DNA of 64,000 nucleotides, taken from the NCBI GenBank assembly GCA_002269645.1, contig NIVC01002471.1, positions 1-64,000 of the forward strand. Reading direction: 5' to 3'. Shown one piece after another: positions 58,556 through 64,000 of the stretch. Below the pieces are notes generated by a model, which searched no databases, was not told where the DNA came from, and was given only the letters and a program-made list of their open reading frames with translations. Positions within the stretch are counted from its first letter, which is position 1. Every line of letters starts with the position of its first letter. The translations under genes and the position numbers were made by a program. This DNA comes from Macrostomum lignano. Taxonomy: Eukaryota.

Positions 58556-61500
58556 ATGCAGACTGCCGCCGCCATCTCTCTGTGCGCGATCTTCGCAGCC
58601 GCCCTCGTCATGCCGACAGCGGCGGAATCGACCTCCATCGAGCTGGCTACGTTCGTGGATGAGGAGGTGCCTGTGGGAACCGAGCTGGCCGATCTGCTTG
58701 CAGCGCTGCGAGCCCGTGGCCACCGGCTGGCGCGGGGACTGGAGCCGGAGTTCCGGATATTCAACTCCGCTCCTTCCGGGGCTGTGCGGTACTTTCAGCT
58801 GTCCAGCCGGAGCGGTCGGCTGCTGGTTAGCCAGCGGCTGGACAGAGACCGAATGTGCGCCGATGCCGCTGCCTGCTGCGATCGTAGTGTCACCTCTTGC
58901 AGGCTGATGCTGCAGGTGAGAACGGTGCAGTTATGAGTGATGAAGTCGAACGTTTTGAATACACAAAATGCCATCTAAGTCATTTAAGCTGCGGCTACAA
59001 CCCGCAATCTAGGTGCAATCGGACAGGGAGTACACCTACGTGATCTCCGTAGAGGTCACCGTAAATGATATCAACGACAACGCGCCCCACTGGCTCGCCC
59101 CTAAACTGACACGCGAGTTCAGTGAGGCGAGCGCTCCGGGCGAGTTTCGCACCCTGCCACCTGCTGACGATCTCGACGCGGGTGCCAATGGTGTTCGCGG
59201 CTACCGCCTGCTGCCACCGCTTCACCCAGAGTTTGAGCTGCAGCATGATGTCTCCGCGGCGGGTGACACACAGCTGCGGCTCAGGCTGTTGCGAACATTG
59301 GACAGGGAGTCTTGCGACTCCTACCAGCTGGTCCTGGCTGCTTACGACGGCGGCATCCCAGGTCGAAACGGCACTGTGTCGGTGATTGTTAGCGTGGCTG
59401 ATGAAAATGACAATCAGCCCCTCTTTGAGCAGCAGCGCTACTCGGCAAGCGTTAGAGAAGATGCAACGCCTGGAACTTCCGTGAGACCAGCTTTCTGAAA
59501 ACGCTTTTCACCTTAACTTTCTTTCCTCGCCATACAAAAAGCATGAAAATAGAGTTAAGGAGACTAAGTTTAATAATACCTTTTTGTACCTATCCGGCGT
59601 GTCTTGTGGGAGACAGACATAATTATGAAATACGTCTGTACCAATACGACGAACTAATTACTAACTAATTACATTGCTATAAAAATCAATTTCTTGAGCA
59701 TAGTATTCACTCTCACTTTTCTCTCCATCAGCAATGAACTCAATACTGTAGCACCTTTCAATTTGGTATGCATTGTCATAGAAACGTTGACAAAGCAGCA
59801 AGCATACAAAACCTGGAGGAGTTGCAGCTTCAGGATGATATTTTTAGTTAGCTGTACCAGCAGGGCCAGCAGAAGTGGGCGTCGAAGTAGTGGATGAATA
59901 GAGATGAAGTGTTGGGCAGCAGAGAGATGAATTGCCCTCGCTAGGGATTTCTCACTCTTCACAACTCTGCTACAAATGACCGCAGGGTTCTCTTTGTTTC
60001 CAGGAGTAGCTGAGAATTTAGTATGGAGACAGCGCAGCCACAATAGCTTTCTGCGCCCCCCCCTTCCATTTCAATCTCCCCACACTTTACCAAATGCATC
60101 TTCTTTCCCTTCGTCACCTTCGTCACCTTTGTTAGCTATATAATTAGCCATAACAAGTAGATCCGCAGCTATCGGTTGCAGTTTACAAAGAATTTGAGAA
60201 CATAACATACTACCGGTGTAGGAATGCTAATTCTTTAATAAAAATTTGTCAAAAATTTTGTTAAGGTTCTGCAAGTAAAAGCCATCGATGGGGACGCTGG
60301 CGTCAACGGTCAGGTGACGTACTCAATCCCGGCTTTTGCACCGGCCCGGGTCCGGTCTCTGTTCAGGGTGGACCCGGTCACTGGCATCGTTCGGGTGACC
60401 GGAAACCTCGACTTTGAGCAAAATCAGGAGCACGAGTTTTCGCTGATGGCCCAAGACCGCAGTCCAAGCGCCCCGCGCCAGGGCACCACGTTGGTAGTCG
60501 TTGAAATCGTTGACGTCAATGATGAAGCGCCGCGCATTCTGGTCAACACGAGCGGCCTGTCGTGACCGAGAATGAGCCGCCGCGCCGTACCGTCAGCATA
60601 GTTACCGTCACTGACGCCGACTCGGGCACCAACGGCCAGGTTTCAAATTTTCAGATTTTTTTGCTTTTTTATTTCTTCTGTTTCGTTGTCATACTTTGAA
60701 CAATCGTTTGCAACATCGGAAAGACCGAGAAGAACTGGGTTTCCTTTTTTCTGTCCTTAACGCAAACCAGCTGCCGCAAGAGGCACTAAAATTCCACGCA
60801 CTTGTACATGGACTCCGATGGTTTTTTCGTTTGGACTTTCAATTTTTTTTTCATAAAGGCATATCTCAATACTACCGAATGGGGTTCTGCTTTTGTCCCA
60901 CAAAGGGGTGCTCAAGTACCTACCGAGGCTATACTATAGGGTCAAAGATAATTATTCATTTTTTACTATTGTTGAACTATCATGAATCAAGTTGGTATCA
61001 ATTCAGAAGTCTTATTCCTTACCCAAGGTTTCCTGCTGGCTGCAGGATCCGCTGGACGCATTTGCGCTCGAACCGCTGAACCCAGAAGGCGCTCCGCCAC
61101 AGCTTTATAAGTTATTAACTTCGCGATCGTTCGACCGCGAGTCAGACGGCGCCGCCGTGAGCGTCTCTATCCGGTGCCGCGACCTTGGACAGCCGGCCAA
61201 CACCGCAGAGAGGACGCTTCGCGTTGAGATTTCCGACGTCAACGACAATGCGCCTCACTTTGTTAGCAAGGGCCACTTGCACTTTAGCGTGAATGAGAGA
61301 ACCCAGCCTGACAACAACAGTTCCAAAACAGCATTTGTCTTTCGTCTAGTAGCAGAAGACCCAGATTCTGGCGACAACGGCAGAGTCACATATAAAATGG
61401 CGGACGCTGAGACCTACTCCAACCTCACGGACACAAACGCGCGAATGTTTTTTGAGCTTTCACCCACTGATGGTTCGGTGCGGTTGCTGAAGAGGCTGGA

Positions 61501-63571
61501 CCGGGAGTCCCAGGCCCGTCATCAGTTCATGGCACTGGCTGTGGATGCCGGAAGGCCAGGACTTACTGGATCTGTCCTCGTAACCGTTGACGTCACGGAT
61601 GACAATGACAATTGCCCCATTGTTGCGGCCTGTCTTGCCTTTCACGTGGCTGAAGATGCTGCCTGTGGTAAGTGTTTTACACCAAATCAAGTGACAGTGA
61701 ATGAGTAAGATTGAGTACGAACTGTCTGTGGCACAATTCTATTAGTATGTTGGGTGTGGTTGCAGTGTACAAAGATAAATTTTATGAAATTCGCATTTAT
61801 TCGCATTATCTGGTTGTCCCATCGTTTCCATAGCAACTATCCCCACTAAGGTCGCAGGACATATTTAGGGACTATTTAGAGCCTTTAAAGGTTTTGTACA
61901 ACAATATTTACGGTCATAATGTTTACAATATACGGGGATACTCTTGAGTTCGAACCTTAGTGTAATCGGTTTGCAATGTCAATTTCGATTGTTCTGGTAA
62001 AGCGGTAAATGTTTAAAGTAAAATAAATACTTTCGGAGGGGTAGGTACTGAGTATTGCGAGGAGGCGGAGGAATACTGCCTTTTTACGAGTAAACGGCAA
62101 TAAGTGATTGACCACTGGTGGGTTATCTGCCGAATAACATCAGATCCGCGGGTCAGGAACCATGGCAAGCATAAATAGAATTATGCTGCACGCAGCATCC
62201 AGAGTGACAGCAATAAAGAGCTATGGCTAATGTTGAAACAGATTTCTGACGTGGATCTGATACTAGTAGTCCCTCTCTCTCTCATGTCTTCCCTCTCTCG
62301 AATTCCTCCTATTCATCCTTTTTTACTTCGCAGTTGAGTCAGTCAGCGTTCATGAGAATTGGAAAAAGGGATTTAAACTGCATGGGAATTCAAATGTGCA
62401 CAAGCTGCTGTTGCACTGGCAGATAGACTGCTTGGATTCACTCATATAGAAGTTCCCCCAAGTCGTCACAGTTTGCACTGCTATGGGATAAAAATCCTAC
62501 TGGAGAAATCACTGCAACCATAGCAGCTCCGAAGCAGCACAAAGCAGCGAAAATTGACCAGGGAGTTGTCGTGCGATTCAACAGTCATGAGGTCCAGCCA
62601 CCAAGGCACAGAGAGTGAACATGCCTGACGATTATAAAGTCAGGGCCGCTGTACACCCTGTGTGAGCGTGTGTACGACTGCGTGCCCGCGTATTGGCGCT
62701 CTTCTATGTGCTCAGGAAACAGCGGAATGGATCAGGAGTCAGTAAAATTGAGGTACAAGTTTCTTACGAGTGCACCATGGCCGTGCGCAATGCAACCCGT
62801 AGAGCAAACCACGTCTCCTTGCAGGCCACGTCATCGGGCAGCTGAATGCCAGCGATGCGGACACTGGCGAGAACGGGCGGCTCAGCTTCCGCCTCACTCA
62901 AACGAGTGCCCAGTCTGATTCAACTGCCGAATGGCACTTCAACGTGACTCAGGACGGTCTGCTGGTTCTCTTGAACCCGCTGGACAGAGAGCGTCATCGA
63001 CGCTTCCAGTTTGGTGTTGAGGTGGCCGACTCCGGGCAGTCTCCCTGTACAACGGCTACCGCAGTGGTAGTAGAGGTCGACGATGTCAACGACAACCGAC
63101 CTCAGTTTCTGTTCCCGTCGCGGTGGAACCGGACGGTCCGCCTGCCAGCCGGCGGAGTCCCAGTGGCAGGCAGAGTGGCGCAGCTGCTGGCCACGGACGC
63201 AGACAGCGGCGCCAATGGGCGGTTCCGGTTCAGCCTGCTGGCTCCGAAAGATTCGGCCTTTCACGTGGACGCGGACACCGGCCAGGTCATTCTGGTCCGA
63301 CCGTTGGCGCCAGAACTCGCCGCCCAGCCAATTCGGCTGACTCTGATGGTGCGAGATCTCGGTCAGCCTCCGCTCGAAGATGTTCAGTCGCTCGATGTAG
63401 AATTCGTTCGAACCGAGCGAGTGCTTCACTCTGACGGGGACGTCAGTGGCCCAGGAACAGCGGGCACCGATGGCTTTATTGTGATCGCGGGACTCGTGTT
63501 CGCGACTGCAGCCTTCCTGCTGGTTCTCGTCACGGGCTTGCTGGTCATCTCGTGCCGCCGCCGCTGCATTG
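58556..63571 (+). CDS. Protocadherin (7 cadherin repeats plus TM, delta-like). Exons 58556-58915, 59013-59480, 60266-60639, 61028-61667, 62825-63571; cytoplasmic exons not identified
   Basis: Signal peptide; EC1 LDRDRMC...CC...C; linkers DINDNAP, DENDNQP, DVNDEAP, DVNDNAP, DDNDNCP, DVNDNRP; LDRE/LDFE motifs; TM FIVIAGLVFATAAFLLVLVTGLLVI followed by CRRR. One apparent 1-bp deletion at ~60561. Confidence 0.92.
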
Positions 63572-64000
63572 GTGAGTTCAGATTCCAGCTGTCCAGATTT
63601 GCCACAACTGTATTTGAATTAAGAGGAAAGTGGATTTATATGTATCTTAAATATGCATCTTAAATGTAACTAAATAGCTTCAGAGATCTGTAAATTTTAA
63701 ACATTCTGCGGGAATCTGAAAAATATAGTGTACTTCAGACTCCAGTTTGCCCAGCAATCCGTCCATCAGGTTTTAGAGCCAGTAATCGCAGGAATTACAG
63801 GGCTGGGAATGACTTTTTCAAAATGATATTCAGTCTCCATGAAAGCGCTCATATCGAGGATGCCTTCCGGTGCTAGGGGCGACTTACTGATTAAACTCTG
63901 TTTCGTATGACTGGATTATCTGGGCACCGGGAGAGCTGCTTTCGACCTGCTCGTCTCCTGCAGCTAGCAATCAGAATTAGCGGCAAACAGACATGGGCGC

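Overview
Eukaryotic (metazoan) genomic DNA with intron-containing genes, many minisatellites and many DNA-transposon remnants. The compact GC-rich exons and minisatellite-filled introns resemble the flatworm Macrostomum lignano; this is an inference, not proven here. Genes: VPS33B-like Sec1/Munc18 gene (minus, ~8.6 kb to 1835), intronless hnRNP L (minus, 16020 to 14380), ABCG2-like half transporter (plus, ~34.2-40.2 kb), an atypical Rab-like GTPase (minus) head-to-head with a two-CNB-domain protein (plus), and a 7-repeat protocadherin (plus, from 58556, end not found). A 5.75-kb segment is present twice on either side of a 36-N gap, most likely an unmerged assembly overlap, and isolated 1-bp frameshifts in good genes look like sequencing errors. 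Mobile DNA: two decayed RNase-H LINEs, hAT-type MITEs, a Tc1/IS630 deletion derivative, a 701-bp CAAG-ended hairpin element, and a 4.1-kb foldback element with ~760-bp near-identical arms. Best leads: (1) all four intronic minisatellites carry CAG|GT in the host sense strand, so they read as tandem GT...AG mini-intron units, and two of them are amplified copies of the gene's own splice junctions; (2) a decayed ORF joining a transposase-type SWIM-like region to a USP (peptidase C19) deubiquitinase domain. All calls rest on manual translation and motif recognition; no database search was run.
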